In this document: positions 1-14,900 of the stretch, piece after piece
Position numbering within the stretch: position 1 is the stretch's first letter
Layout: the number at the start of each line of letters is the position of its first letter
NCBI RefSeq assembly: GCF_036588685.1
Contig: NC_086384.1
Location: forward strand, 34,410,001 to 34,474,000
Length of the DNA: 64,000 bases
Source of the DNA: Mytilus trossulus
Lineage: Eukaryota
Reading direction: 5' to 3'
The notes under the pieces: model-generated
Seen by the model: only the letters and a program-made list of their open reading frames with translations
What the model was told of the DNA's origin: nothing
Database searches by the model: none
Made by a program: the position numbers and the translations under genes

Positions 1-447
1 GTACATGTAAGACCACTAATTTGCTACCCCTTAACTGGTCTATTAAAACAGATTTCACTGTACATATAAGACCACTAAATTGCTATCCCTTAAGTGATCT
101 ATTAAAACAGATTTCACTGTACATGTAAGACCACTAATTTGCTACCCCTTAACTGGTCTATTAAAACAGATTTCACTGTACATATAAGACCACTAAATTG
201 CTATCCCTTAAGTGATCTATTAAAACAGATTTCACTGTACATGTAAGACCACTAATTTGCTACCCCTTAAGTGGTATATTAAAACAGGTTTCACTGTACA
301 TGTAAGACCACTAATTTGCTATCCCCTAAGTGGTCTATTAAAACAGATTTCACTATACATGTAAGACCACTAATTTGCTATCCCCTAAGTGGTCTATTAA
401 AACAGGTTCCACTGTACATGTGAAACCACTAATTTGCTATCTCTTAA
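1..447. repeat. 59-bp tandem repeat, left block (~7.5 copies, continues off window)
   Basis: Unit gtacatgtaagaccactaatttgctatcccttaagtggtctattaaaacaggtttcact, with internal inverted repeat agaccact/agtggtct. Confidence 0.95.
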
Positions 448-728
448 GGCCTAAAAAAAATAATGTTGTGTTTCCGATCACCCCCTTGAAATTTTTAAGG
501 GACGGTAGGTAGGGATTTTTTAATTTTTTTTTATTTTTTTTTAATATTATGCTTCATTGCTGTCTCGATTTTTTTTAAAGGCATGGGCACTTTGTTCATT
601 GCTTCAGACCATTTGACAATATTCTAGATTATTGTGTGAGTTTTTATCAGCAATATCCATTTATTTTCTTTTGTATTTTATATATTATATGATAACTTGT
701 ATAGTAGTTTACCCCCTTTTAAAATACC

Positions 729-1521
729 CATACCTGTCAACTCACCCGTTTTTTGTGGGTGACACCCGTTATTTTCACCTCTCACCCGGGAGTTTTTCTT
801 TACCCGGCGGGTCCCGGGAATTTCTAACATTACCCGTTTGACCCGGATTTCTGACCGGAATTGTTTCCGGTATTTAGAAGTAAAACCTTCGGTTTTATCG
901 GTCTTTTTCAATGTAACCAAAAGTCAAAATGTAGGACTTGTTTATCTGAGCTACGTAACGATATTTTCAACAAGCTACAAGATGAGTTCAGTGACTATCA
1001 GTTGACCCCATTAGATGAACTTCCACTTTGCACTTCCCCTGAAACTGACATTGGTACATTTTGGGGAGAAATGTCCAAGTTGCATGACATTTTTCTTAAC
1101 AAGCCAAGATTTTTTGTTTTGTCAAAACTTGCTAAAACATTACTGGTTTTTCCAAACAGCAATGCAGACAGTGAGAGGGCATTTTCTTTAGTAAAGAAAA
1201 TAGCTACAGAGTTTAGGGCTGATCTTAATAAGGATACACTGTGTGCTCTTCTTTCTTGTAAAATGAATACACATTTGCATTGCTATGAACTGAAACCAAG
1301 TGCAGTTCTTTTAAAGAATGCCAAGTCTGCTACTATGGAATATAACAAACTTGTATACATGTTCTAACTGTTTCATATACATATTGACTATATAAATTAT
1401 ATGTAAACATTTTTTTTTCTTCAATTGAGCCCGCAAAATGTCGTACGCGTTATGACCTGAGATTTTTTTTCTCAATGCAGGTCATGACCTGACTTTTCAT
1501 TTTCAGAGGTTGACAGGTATG
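729..1521 (+). mobile_element. Internally deleted hAT-family DNA transposon with 13-bp TIRs and 6-bp TSD
   Basis: TIRs CATACCTGTCAAC (729-741) / GTTGACAGGTATG (1509-1521); AATACC on both flanks; carries a transposase C-terminus. Confidence 0.85.
861..1367 (+). pseudogene. hAT transposase C-terminal (dimerisation domain) fragment
   Basis: FW...LSKLAKTLLVFPNSNADSERAFSLVKKIATEFRADLNKDTLCALL matches the hAT C-terminal SxAxxERxFS motif; N-terminal and catalytic parts missing. Confidence 0.85.
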
Positions 1522-2433
1522 AATACCCCTGAAAAAAAAACGTCCAAAACTAAATAAAATTTGGGCAGCTCTTCCCCATGAAAATTAGCTTTTTAAACCC
1601 AATTCCCCTATTTCAGGACCAAAAGTTTTGGATTGTCAGATTTGTAACATTTGGGGTTAATTTTAAAAACAATAACTCCTACTCATTATTGATCTTGACA
1701 TAACCAATGTGAACTCTAGAAATTGGGCTTGGGGTGATCTGTATTAATGTTAAATATTGTAGGGCATTTATATATGGTTGAAGAACTTATACATGAATCA
1801 TTTATTTTTGATATCTTATGAAAAGAGTATTTACTCTTAATTATTATATTTTCTCAATTTTAACACTTGTGTCCAGCAAATAACCCGTACAGGGCCCCAT
1901 TACTGCTTTGCACCTATATACGAAACTAACGAGGTTTTACTTCACTGTCAACCTCCAAATCAAAGGCAATTCATTGCATATCTACTGTTAAAATAATTAT
2001 AAACTGTAAAGTATTGTTTAAAAGCTTATTTTTATCAAAGCTTAGCAATGTACAGTGTACATATTATGTCATCGAAACAAATCTATTTTTAGAACAGTTT
2101 ATTTTCGTATCCCAGGTAAAGGAAAGTCGGATGCAAATAAACTAATTTAATAAAAACAAAATGTGTTTTAATCTTTATTTAAAGAAACAAAATAAAATAA
2201 CACATGACACTAGACAAATAATTTTTATTAGAATAAATCAACATTCAGTATGTTGTATGTGGATTACAGACGTAAATTGTTTTCTTTTGGGGCGATAAAA
2301 AGGTCGAGGGATTTAGAATTTTTTATTTTCTTTCAGAAAAAAACGGTCAGTAGGTATAAAAATTATTTTTTTCCCACATCAGCTTTAAAAACTTTTGAGT
2401 CGGGGGTCTGAAGGACGGTTGGTCGGGTGACCA

Positions 2434-2818
2434 AAGTGGTCTATTTAAACAGGTTTCACTGTACATGTAAGACCACAAATTTGCTATCCCTTAAGTGGTC
2501 TATTAAAACAGGTTTCACTGTACATGTAAGACCACTAATTTGTTCTCCCTTAAGTGGTCTATTAAAACAGGTTTCACTGTTCATGTAAGACCACTAATTT
2601 GCTATCCCTTAAGTGGTCTATTAAAACAGATTTCACTGTACATGTAAGACCACTAATTTGCTATCCCTTAAGTGGTCTATTAACATAGGTTTCACTGTAC
2701 ATATAAGACCACTAATTTGCTATCCCTTAAGTGGTCTATTAAAACAGGTTTCACTGTACATATAAGACCACTAATTTGCTATCCCTTAAGTGGTCTATTA
2801 AAACAGGTTTCACTGTAC
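2434..2818. repeat. 59-bp tandem repeat, right block (~6.5 copies), abutting the LDLa 15 donor
   Basis: Same unit as 1-447; ends exactly at the donor GTACAG (2818). Confidence 0.95.
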
Positions 2819-2962
2819 CTGTACATGAGTCTTCGTCACTGTTGTCATCACAATCTTTGTCACCATCACAACGATAGTCAATCGGGATACATTGTCCATT
2901 CCTACATGTTGCTTGTCCAACACCACATGGACCAACTGGAGCAGGCGTTGTTGGTACAGTTA
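2819..2962 (-). CDS. HSPG2: Perlecan exon, LDLa 15
   Basis: 144 nt: [47 protein letters not shown]. Confidence 0.92.
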
Positions 2963-5900
2963 CTAAAAGTAGATTGAAATCATTCATGAAAGACAATGCT
3001 TTTAACATGAGCTAGGTATTATAATTCTCAATAATTATCCATAAGTCTGATTTTTTTATGACGATAAACCCCTAATCCTCCCTCTCCTATTCCTTACCAT
3101 CAGAAACTATGTCAGCTGTATAATTGTACATAACCATTCTATCGTGCCCTAATTCTCAATACAAGGGTTATATAAAGATATTTCTACCCTTTTATCAAAA
3201 CCTCTACTATTTTTTTCACATATTCACAACAGATCTTCTTTAAATTCTTATTTCAAAGCTATTTTTAATTCTGATGAAGAATTTAATGTAGTTTGTATCA
3301 TTACATGGAACATGGCAGATAAATCCTATAAAGTCTGTAATGTAGAGACAAGTTATTAATACCCTACACTCTGTTTAAGCCATATTTCCATGTATTGCAA
3401 CATAACATACTTACTTTGACTGACTACAAGCCTAGCTGATTCTGTGTATGTCCTGTCATTGTAGATACCAGAGCAGATATAATCTCCTACATCAGTGATA
3501 TCAAGGTTAGGTACTTACTTTGCCTGACTACAAGCCTGGCTGATTCTGTGTACGTCTTGTCATTGTAGATACCAGAGCAGATATAATCTCCTGCATCAGT
3601 GATATCAAGGTTAGGTACTTACTTTGCCTGACTACAAGCCTGGCTGATTCTGTGTACATCCTGTCATTGTAGATACCAGAGTAGATATAATCTCCTGCAT
3701 CAGTGATATCAAGGTTAGGTACTTACTTTGCCTGACTACAAGCCTGGCTGATTCTGTGTACGTCCTGTCATTGTAGATACCAGAGCAGATATAATCCCCA
3801 GCATCAGTGATATCAAGGTGAGGTACTTACTTTGCCTGACTACAAGCCTGGCTGATTCTGTGTACGTCCTGTCATTGTAGATACCAGAGCAGATACAATC
3901 CCCAGCATCAGTGATATCAAGGTTAGGTACTTACTTTGCCTGACTACAAGCCTGGCTGATTCTGTGTATGTCCTGTCATTGTAGATACCAGAGCAGATAT
4001 TATCTCCTGCATCAGTGATATCATATCAAGGTTAGGTACTTACTTTGCCTGACTACAAGCCTGGCTGATTCTGTGTACGTCCTGTCATTGTAGATACCAG
4101 AGCAGATACAATCCCCAGCATCAGTGATATCAAGGTTAGGTACTTACTTTGCCTGACTACAAGCCTGGCTGATTCTGTGTACGTCCTGTCATTGTAGATA
4201 CCAGAGCAGATATAATCTCCTGCATCAGTGATATCAAGGTTAGGTACTTACTTTGCCTGACTACAAGCCTGGCTGATTCTGTGAATGTCCTGTCATTGTA
4301 GATACCAGAGCAGATATAATCCCCAGCATCAGTGATATCAAGGTTAGGTACTTACTTTGCCTGACTACAAGCCTGGCTGATTCTGTGTACGTCCTGTCAT
4401 TGTAGATACCAGAGCAGATACAATCCCCAGCATCAGTGATATCAAGGTTAAGTACTTACTTTGCCTGACTACAAGCCTGGCTGATTCTGTGTACGTCCTG
4501 TCATTGTAGATACCAGAGCAGATATAATCCCCAGCATCAGTGATATCAAGGTTAAGTACTTACTTTGCCTGACTACAAGCCTGGCTGATTCTGTGTACGT
4601 CCTGTCATTGTAGATACCAGAGCAGATATAATCCCCAGCATCAGTGATATCAAGGTTAGGTACTTACTTTGCCTGACTACAAGCCTGGCTGATTCTGTGT
4701 ACGTCCTGTCATTGTAGATACCAGAGCAGATACAATCCCCAGCATCAGTGATATCAAGGTTAAGTACTTACTTTGCCTGACTACAAGCCTGGCTGATTCT
4801 GTGTACGTTCTGTCATTGTAGATACCAGAGCAGATATAATCTCCTGCATCAGTGATATCTAGGTTAGGTACTTACTTTGCCTGACTTCAAGCCTGGCTGA
4901 TTCTGTGTACGTCCTGTCATTGTAGATACCAGAGCAGATATAATCCCCAGCATCAGTGATATCAAGGTTAGGTATGATCAGACGACCTCTCTCCATGGTA
5001 GCTTTAGGTTGTATATCCTACAATAGAGAGAAAATTCATAATTTATTGATAATCAAAAGTGTATAATAACATTACATGAAGGTTTCATTATAATACATTA
5101 TTTTAATGAGCTAACAGCAATCTGGCATCATTCTTAATTTTTTTTTTTCATTTCAAAATAAAAAGCGACATTCATGATGACACATACTTTCACAATAAAG
5201 AGCTCAGTTAAATGAAAGAAAAACTTGATTGAAATCTTAATGAACCTAGGAAAATGATGTTTTGATAAGCATTGCTTTGACTGTTTGGTCAGGTTGTTGT
5301 CTCTTTGACATATTCCCCATTTCCATTCTTAATTTTATTCTTTTAGTATATAGGGTTAGAAAAGCATTGATTGAGCACACATTGTTAGATTGAAGCCCTT
5401 ACAAAATGCACTTCAGGCGAAGCTTATACCCCATCACCCCCCCCCCCCTCTCAATTAATTTACAAAGAGAAGCATTGTTCTACAATCTTGATAAAGGAGG
5501 ATAGCACCTAGTTAAGAATTAACCTAGACACTTTCTCAAGTTTGAAAAACCATTTATAATATCTATAATCTATTTACACATATTCTCTAGGACCAAGGAT
5601 CCAGATTTTTTTTCACCTTATTTCAGTCACTACTGACAGATAATTTCCATTCTGAACACAGTAGAGTGATATGATCATTTATTGTTGGAAAGTAAGGGCC
5701 CACATCCCCTATGTCAATGAAATCAACAATGACGTCATAGGTAAAATTGCAATAAACAGATTATATTGGTCACTTCTACTCGATTGCTTTTCTCACTTTT
5801 CACCGTACCAGCTGAAGCAAGAAAATCAATCTTGTTGAGATTACCAAAGATAACGTATAAATTTTAGACACTTACAATATTTCCATTTCTGTACCATTCT

Positions 5901-8900
5901 AATGGTGTGTCTGCTGGTGATATAGTACACTCAAAATAAGCCTGAGATCCTACTCTCAAAGTCATCTCTCTGGGAGTAATGCTGATGGTTACTTGTTGAG
6001 AAGCTACAAAAGAAAATAATATTGTTATTTTTTACAATATATATTATTTACTGAAATATCATGCAACATCTCTATATTAAGTCATTAGGTCTGGGAAAAC
6101 AGTTATCTTCCTTCAATTTTAGTTGAGCAGAAATGAGTGATTTGGTTAGGTAAAACAGGTGTAACTTCATCTTCTCGGAATCTCTCTGGCTTCACCCATA
6201 CCCATACCGCAGTCCTTGTGTTTTGTAATGCCAGAGAAAATGAGCTGATGAAGTTTTCTTAATTTTTGATGTTTTTAATTACACAACAAAGATCATTTTT
6301 CCCACAGAAAATAGAAAATTGAAATGTTTGCCCCTGGAGCACCTCATCAAGATCTATATAGAAATTGAAATAGATAAATTAGAGAAAATAAAAGCAAAAT
6401 TCAATAATATGAAAAATATAATCCTCCATGCCTCAACAGAATGAAACATTTGACTCAACTTTCTTTTACAAATATAAGAATGTCACATCTTTCTTTCCTA
6501 TGTAGATTCTCCCCCTCTAATTTGGTATCTGATTAGCTATTTTCCTAATGTAATACTACATCTTTCTAAATTGTAATGAATACTTGACAGGTATTCTAAA
6601 AGTTCCAATCATTTTATAAACTGTTGTGTTCGTATATTGTAAATTTACATACGACAATTCAGTTCATCTGAGCCATCACGACAATCTGATCTCCTATCAC
6701 ATCTACGGTCAGCAGGGATACAGTCTCCACTTCTACATGTAAATTCATTTGGTTGACATCCTGTAATGAAAAAGTTTATGTGTAACCTGGTATATCCAAA
6801 ACCAGCATGAATAAAATTATTATTAAAAGTTTGATCTGTTATCCTGTAATTTCTACAATCAGCAAGTATACAGTCTCAAATTGTTTCACTTTATCCTTTT
6901 ATTGCATTTTTTTCATCTATATTTGCTGTTTTAGCTTAAAAAATTATATAGCTATACACATTAATTTAGTAATTTATTTAAACAGTCCCATCGATTAAAC
7001 AGAACAAAGCTATTGGTCATTAAATCAAAGTTCTAAAAGTACTGTGGATTCATTTATTTTTTCGTGGTTAAAAATTTTGTTGCATTGAGGAAAAAATATA
7101 ATTCCTGGATATCTGATTTTGTGGTGTTTGCCAAAGTCTAGGAACAAATCTATTGAAAATGTGTTCCTGTTTTGAATATCTGAATTCATGTTTTACCAAC
7201 ACCCAAGTAGTTTACCAAGAATATTATTGAATCCATAGTAAATTTAAAATTTATTCTTAACATCTTCAGAATCTAAACAACTGCTTAGCACACAATCATA
7301 TACAAATGTCTGATGATTTTTAACTGTTCCCTTCTTCACTAAAATGTGTAAAGTTGACCCTTACCACATCCCTCCTCATCAGAGTTGTCCAAACAATCCC
7401 TGTTACGATCACACTGCCGCCTGTTATCAATACACTGACCATTACTGCAGCGGAACTCGTTGGGTTTACAAGCTGTGATAAAAAATAACACGTCATATAT
7501 TTCATACTTTGAAAGCACTTTTCTGAGTGTAAATTCATCAGGAAATGAGAACATGAGATCAAAGGTGATTTTTTTATGGGGTTCTTTTTTCTCAGTCTAG
7601 TTTTCTATTTTGTACTTTATTTTCTGTTGTTTGTCTTGTGGTTGTTGTATTATTTTTTGGCCATTGCATTGTTATTCTGTTTTTGACTTATGAGTTTGGT
7701 ATCTTTTACTATCTTTCTTTTGAAAACCAGGGATATAAAGTTGCATCATCGCACGCACTGGAAGATTGTCTATTGCCGTAACATTTTCTTCTTTCATATT
7801 ATCAGTTTCCTTCTAATTTTAAAAAATACACAAATCAACAAAAGAAGGTGTTAATCTGAAAAGGATTTTAAATATATGAAAGTTTGTATACTTAAAACCT
7901 TAATGACTAGTAGTAGCTGAAAAAATGTAATTTTTGTCAATGATGCTTAAAGAATAAATTTCTAGCAAATAAAAAGTAAAAATTACAAGGAAGTGTGAAC
8001 AAATCGCAAATTGCAATAATAAATTGTCTTAGATGTCCAAATCAACAAGACTCTGTACAAAGTCAGGACAGTGACAGTTGTTAACCATTCGTCTGACTTG
8101 TTTTGAGGTTTTGATTATGCCATTTGATTAGTGACTTTCTACTTTTACAGCTAATTTCCTAATGCATGTGAAGCAAGACTTATAATGGTTAGTTTGCTTG
8201 CTTTATTTTTATATTGTACAATCATTAGGATAACACCCAATTAAATTCAAATAATATATAGTCAGGTTAAACTATGCCTATATATATTGTTTAAAGATTT
8301 CAATCTTATTTTATAGACAATTATACAAACAAAGCAAGCAAGCCAACCAAAGTTTTGCCTTACATGCATTAGGAAATTAGCTGTAAATTTTCCTCACAGT
8401 TTGTCACTTTTGTTATTTGACTTTTTTCTTACCACAGCCTTCCTCGTCAGTTCTATCAGAACAGTCAGCGAAACCATCACATTTTCTAGCCGCTGGTATA
8501 CACTGGAATTGTTGTGTACAAGTAAACTGATCGGCACGACAATTCAACGTGGCTACGAGAGAAAAAAAAGACATAATTAAAAGGATTACTGTAAACCAAC
8601 TTTACTTCACATTTTAACCATTTTAGTCCATGTCACAGCTTTTTTATTTTGCTATTTTGTAACTAACTTGATGGAGTTTTTAAAAAGTAAAGATCCAAGT
8701 TTGATATTTTCACAACAATTTCACATTATTTGACTACTAATGTAAGTTGTGAAATCAAATCACTTACAAAGACAAGTTGGTTTACAGTATTTCAAATCCG
8801 TCCTCAATCCAGTGTTTTGATCATTCTTAATTTTAACTGCATTTTATGCATTCTTTACCACCAAAAAATCAAACATTTCACAAGAAACAATTGATCTAGT

Positions 8901-11900
8901 TTATCAGTGAATAGAAGGATAATAGAATAGTTGACATTGGGATAACATAAATTATCTCCCTTGTATTAACCAATCAAAGTCTAGCATTTTGACATTAAGC
9001 ATGATTAATTTGTCAACTTCTATAGTTAACACAAGTTTTCTTTGAAGCTGGCAAATGTCCTTTCTTATTTATTTTTGTGACAAAATTGAAGCTGGCACAT
9101 GTCTTTTCTTATTTATTTTTGTGGCAATTGCCAATTTCATTCAATTGAAGCTGGCAAATGTCTTTTCTTATTTATTTTTGTTGCAATTGCCAATTTCATT
9201 CAATTAAATCTGCAACTGCATGTTTAAACTTATATAAATACATTTTATGTACTGTAAATTTAGAAATTAGTGTGAGAATTTTTATTGCTATAACTGTAGA
9301 CAATGTGAGTAATTGTGAGATTAATCTGCATACAAATAAATGTACTGTGGTTTCATTATTTTTCGTTGGATACCAATTTTCGTGGATTTTATGGGTACAG
9401 ATGAACCACGAATTTAAATGATCAACGAATTACAAATTTTCAATAGACTTGCATGCAGACTTTGGCAGAACCACGAAATTAAATATCCACGAAAGTCCAA
9501 GTTTTGTTCAATCCACAAAAATTTGTGCCCACGAACATAAATGAATCCACAGTATCAGATATCAGAATGTGTGTTCTGATTACTGTGACACTCCCCCAGT
9601 CGCATTATAATTTGCATTAAGGTAGTACCTAATACTACAGGGAGATAACTCTATAAAATCAGCTAAATGTTTTAATTACGTTGTGTTTTTAAGGTAAAAT
9701 TATGCTTTTCAAAGATCAAAATAAGTTTTTGTCAAACTGCTATATAACCAGTGTAATTTTTCTGAAAAAACGGTTGGTTGAAATTTTTTCAAATTTTTAT
9801 ATTTTTGTCAAAGGGTCAAAGTAAATACTTTGTCAAAATTTTAAGAAAATTAAACGAGCCAAATTAATTTTAGTTAAAGTGTTGGGTACCACCTTAACAC
9901 GTCAGAATTATTTCTGAATTCATGGTAAATACATAATTTCAGCAACTTATTGCTACATGTCTATAAAAATAAAAATGCTGAAGAAAAAAAAAACTCAATC
10001 GTAAACTTTAGAAAAACTAAACTTACGACAATTATTTTCGTCAGAATTGTCCACACAGTCTCTGACACCATCACACTCTTTAACAAGGTTGATACATGTA
10101 CCATCACTGCAACGGAATTCATCAGGGCGACATGTGGATACTACAAAAGTCAAACAAAACTTCTTTTATAAACATTTATTCTAAAACATTACAGGTTGTT
10201 ATTATTCACAAATCCCCACTAAGTTTACAAAAAAAATAACAATATTATATCTAAATGATAAATAATTGTGTGTAAATTGTTGTAACTGGTTAATTTTCAT
10301 TCTGAATTTCAAAGCCAAAGCTGATGACGTGTACAGCATTTTTTTGTCTTCTTGTCTGATTTAGACAACGAAAATGATTTTTATTTTTTTTAATTTTTTT
10401 TCTGAATCTACACAGTAAACCTTGGAATCATTAAATTTCCTTGGTAAGAATCTTTGTATTTTCCTTGAAACCTGATTCTTTACTTTTCTATCTTTCTTTG
10501 TAGAAGCAAGAAGAAAGTTTGCATTTGTTGAACATTAGAATTTTTGGTTTACATATACCCAAGATATCCAAAAAAAATTAATTCCTCACAAATGACAACT
10601 TCAACCAACTGTAACTCATACTGATGATTTGATCTTAAATAACAAGAAAATGTTACATGGAATACTTATGTACTTTGATACATTCCCCATTTCCATTCTC
10701 AATTTTATTATGGAAAACTCATGAAATAATCCTGGAACACTCATGAAATAATCCTGGAATACTCATGAAATAATCCTGGAATACTCATGAAATAATCCTG
10801 GAATACTCATGAAATTTCTTTGTTATACTGTAACTTAAGGAATACTCCTCGAATAATCATGTAATACTTGTGAAATAATCATAAAATAATCATGGAATAC
10901 TCTTGGAATAATCATTGAATACTCTTGGAATACTTATGGAATACTTCTAAAATAGTTATAGTATACACAAAGATTACTCATGGAATACTTATGGAATACT
11001 CTTGGAATAATCATTGAATACTCTTGGAATACTTGTGGAATACTCATGAATACTTCTAGAATAATCATGGAATACACAAAGATTACTCATGGAATACTTA
11101 TGGAATACTGGAATACTTTTGGAATACTCACCACATCTGCTATGTTCATCTGATCGATCAGTACAGTCAGTAATTCCATCACACTCCTGCATGGCATCAA
11201 TACACTTGGTACCATCTCTACATTGGAACTGTCTTAGACTTGGACAACCACAATATTTAGGAAATTCGTCTGACCCATCTCTGCACTCTGTACGGTCATT
11301 ACAGCCACTTCCTTGCCTGGCACATGACCCGTCGTCACAGACGTACTGACCTGTACGACATGGACCTCCTGGGCCTGTAGATTATACAAAAAAATCTATT
11401 AGGTTCACAAACAAGGTATTTTACCAGAATGAAATGTATAATACATAAAAATTATGGCAAGATTATAAGGTGTGTGAGTGTTTCTTAAAGGGAAAATTCA
11501 CGATTTTTTACTTATGGTTTAAATATGTTCATTATGATATAATATATATATTCACAAAGTTTTATCGCTATATGTTCAGTAATAAAGGAGAAATTCAATA
11601 TTTAATGAAAAAATATTAACTACTTCCTGTAGGTCGTGACGTTTTCTCCTGGTTTTTGCATGCCGGGATTTAAAAAACAATCATTAAAAGTCTTGGTTTC
11701 TAATCATATTTTAACGTAATCGTAAGCGCGCCGATGACTTATGCTTTATCTAATAACCATCCGATAATAAGAAGATAAAACGCACATACGTTCAATTGTA
11801 CATATTCATGAGATAAATTTTCTATGTTAAACGTATATATTCGAATTATTTTTGTAGACAACACAAAAAGTTATAAATTGATTTTTAATTAATGTATTTT

Positions 11901-14900
11901 CGGACTGATAAGGTGAACAAAGTAAAGTACAATAATCTATAAAGACAATATGTTGGTGTACTCTTATTGACCTTTTACTATCTCTGCTATGACTTGGTTG
12001 ATACGATGTGTGTATTCACGGTTCTGTAGCAATACTCGTAGATGGCTTGTTGAAAGGTAAATTGTTATTTGCACTTCGGTATTTAACCACGCCTCTCGGG
12101 CACACCTTGCCAGGTGTGACTGTCTATTCGGATCAGTGAATTATAAGACAAGGGGAGCATCCAATACACATATTTAAAATATATATTTAAGTTGGTGACA
12201 AATAAAAATTGATCGCCGTGGAATTATTTAATTATGTTTGGTGCTATTATTTATTTGAATTCAAATAAGTTAATTTACTAAGAAATACACAATTTTTGGT
12301 TAAAGACGGGAAACTTAATTCATATGTCCGATTGAAATGATTTACACCTTTTGTCCTTGATTGATGTCTAATAAAAAGGAGAACTTAGAAATTATAAATA
12401 GCTTTACCAAAGTATTTTTATTTGTCTTTATTAGGCAAATAAATGAATGAGAACACTTAGATTTAGACTTTTTAAAAGCCACGTACAAATGAATAACTGG
12501 AACTCACTGAAGACTACTCTACCGAAGCGGAATATAATATGAACGAATAAAGAAAAAATACTTTTGTACTTGAGAAGTCTTAAACATTGACAGCAAATTT
12601 AAGGTCTTCTTGGAATGGAATCGAAAAATTACGAATAGATATTCTTTATCAAGTGTGAAAAACGTCAACCAAATTTAATCATAATCGGGGACGTCCTTAT
12701 TAAAGTAGTCTTCGTCTCACAACGTATAATACTTAATAACTATTTGACCAAAGATGTTTAAAAACAAAAGACAACGAATTTAATGTCATCTTTCCCTATT
12801 TTTGAATGTAATTATAAGTCTGTTCAACTGGCAAGAACACCCCTAAAGCGGACAAACATCTGTCAAGCAGTTTATTCTTTAAATTTGCTGTCATTGAATA
12901 TCAAGAAAGAAAATAAATCCTGAAAATGATTTGAAACTTTAATACTCAATAGCTTTCCTAGAAAATATTCACATCCCTCGGGGATTATTAGTGTACGTCC
13001 AGTTGCATATGTCGGAACAGTTGTGGTGATGACGAATTTCTTTCTTTATTCGAGAACAATCTAATTGATATATAAATCTGTGATTTTACTATGTTCATAA
13101 CTTCGATGAACCAAAGCAAGTTATAGATCGACCTGTATTTAAATCAAATTGGTCCTCTTCTTCTTCTTCTTCTTCTTTTGGTATACAATAGTCTATCGAA
13201 TTGGATGATTACATACTGTTGGTATACGTGGACTAGTCTATTTACAAAACTTTTACCCCAATTTGCACAAAATGTATGTTTCTTTCTTATGTTCAATGTA
13301 TACATGTATATATTTTAAATTGCGCTGTATTTCCGTAACTTTCTATCCGGGCGTATAAACGAATCGTCGACAAGTGCGCACATTTTTTTAATCAACATTT
13401 CTGGAATGATCCAACTATGTCCTTTACTATTGACAACGAGTAAATATTACATTATCCCAGAGACATATAATACAATTTTATGTCTCTGATTTTCTCCAAA
13501 TTAACCCTTGGAAAAAATACGTATATTTGTATATCTTCAATTTTTTTATTTTTTTTGGTATCATTTTTTTTTTTATAAATAATATTCTTTACACCAGACA
13601 TTTTATTTATAAACAAGCGTATGAGTTAAGTAATGACTAGTATATTATATCACTTTCGGACACGCAAGACAGAGATGTATATTATACATGCACCTGATAG
13701 TTCAAAATGGAAAGTTATAAGTTATCGGCCGTGTACACTGATCAATACCTACAGAAGTGAAACGATGCATGAACTTGCAGGCCCGACAGGAAATCGCTTG
13801 AATACCTGGTCGTGTCATCTTACACCCCTCACAATACCTTTGGGAGTAATACCTAAGCCATGCGGGTGATCAGTGGAGCGAAGATCCTAATTTATTTGAA
13901 TAAAGTATATTACTTTAAAGAATTATGAACGAATTGATTTTCGAAAACAATTTTCACGGAACTCTTATTTATGATTTGAACTTTAACTTTTTAACTAATA
14001 CCAATATTAACAGTTTAAAAATAACAGACTATATGGTTATTAAAAATATAAGAACATTTTCCGAATCAAGTTAGTTAGTCAGATCATGGAAGTAATATCT
14101 AAATATCTAAATATTACTTCCATGGTCAGATAAAACAACCGTACGATTGACAAGATATAGACACGTAATTACGACAACATCGGTTACTGTAGTTTTGATT
14201 CTTTATGGTTTATAGACATATCGTGATTTTTATTTGGACAAGATAACAAAATGGCGGAAGGCAAAGAACTGATACTCAAAATTTAAAATCGATGGTGATC
14301 TCTTATCTAGCGGAATAAAACTTTAATATTTATAAATTTGAGCATTTTTATACAGAATGGACATAATATGAATTTTTGATTTTTTTGCGAAGTTTCCCTT
14401 TAATGAGATACAAGTATTTGAAAGAACAAAAAAAAAAAAAAAAAAAAACCAATTTCATGAGTTAGGTCCTTACCAAAAATAGAAAAGACTTTGCTACTTC
14501 TCTGTTGATTTTTAGAGCAAATAAAAACCTCAACTTTGTCTAGAATTTATCCATAAAATGTTTCAGAGTTAATCACCAACAATAACCAACATTCACTTTT
14601 AATATTCACCACTTGAGAGTGAAGTCTAACTGAATTAACCTGTGAGAAATGTAGTAACAAGGGTCTGGATGGGGGATGGGCTTGTTATATTTGTATTCTT
14701 TAATATTTAGGCCATCATTCTTTATTTTTTATATTTTAACACAAAATTGTTCTCTATTTTTTAGTTTTTGGTCTATATTTCTTTTTTCTTTAATTCTTGG
14801 CATATTTTTTTATTTTTTTAAATTTTTTGGCCTATTTGTATCTGTTCACTTTTCTTATTTGCACACTTCTTTAAGGTATTGGCCAATGTTATCAAAAATC

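Larger units (their letters stand above)
448..2432. mobile_element. Non-autonomous DNA transposon inserted at TTAA in the 59-bp array (Kolobok-like; right end truncated)
   Basis: Array breaks at ctcTTAA|ggccta and resumes at aagtggtc; subterminal gatcaccc / gggtgacc match. Confidence 0.55.

Noticed and set aside
3415-4780. 9-nt microexons (ttgtag|TCAGGCAAA|gtaagt) in the distal 104-bp copies
   Set aside because: No pyrimidine tract upstream of the AG; unsupported without reads.
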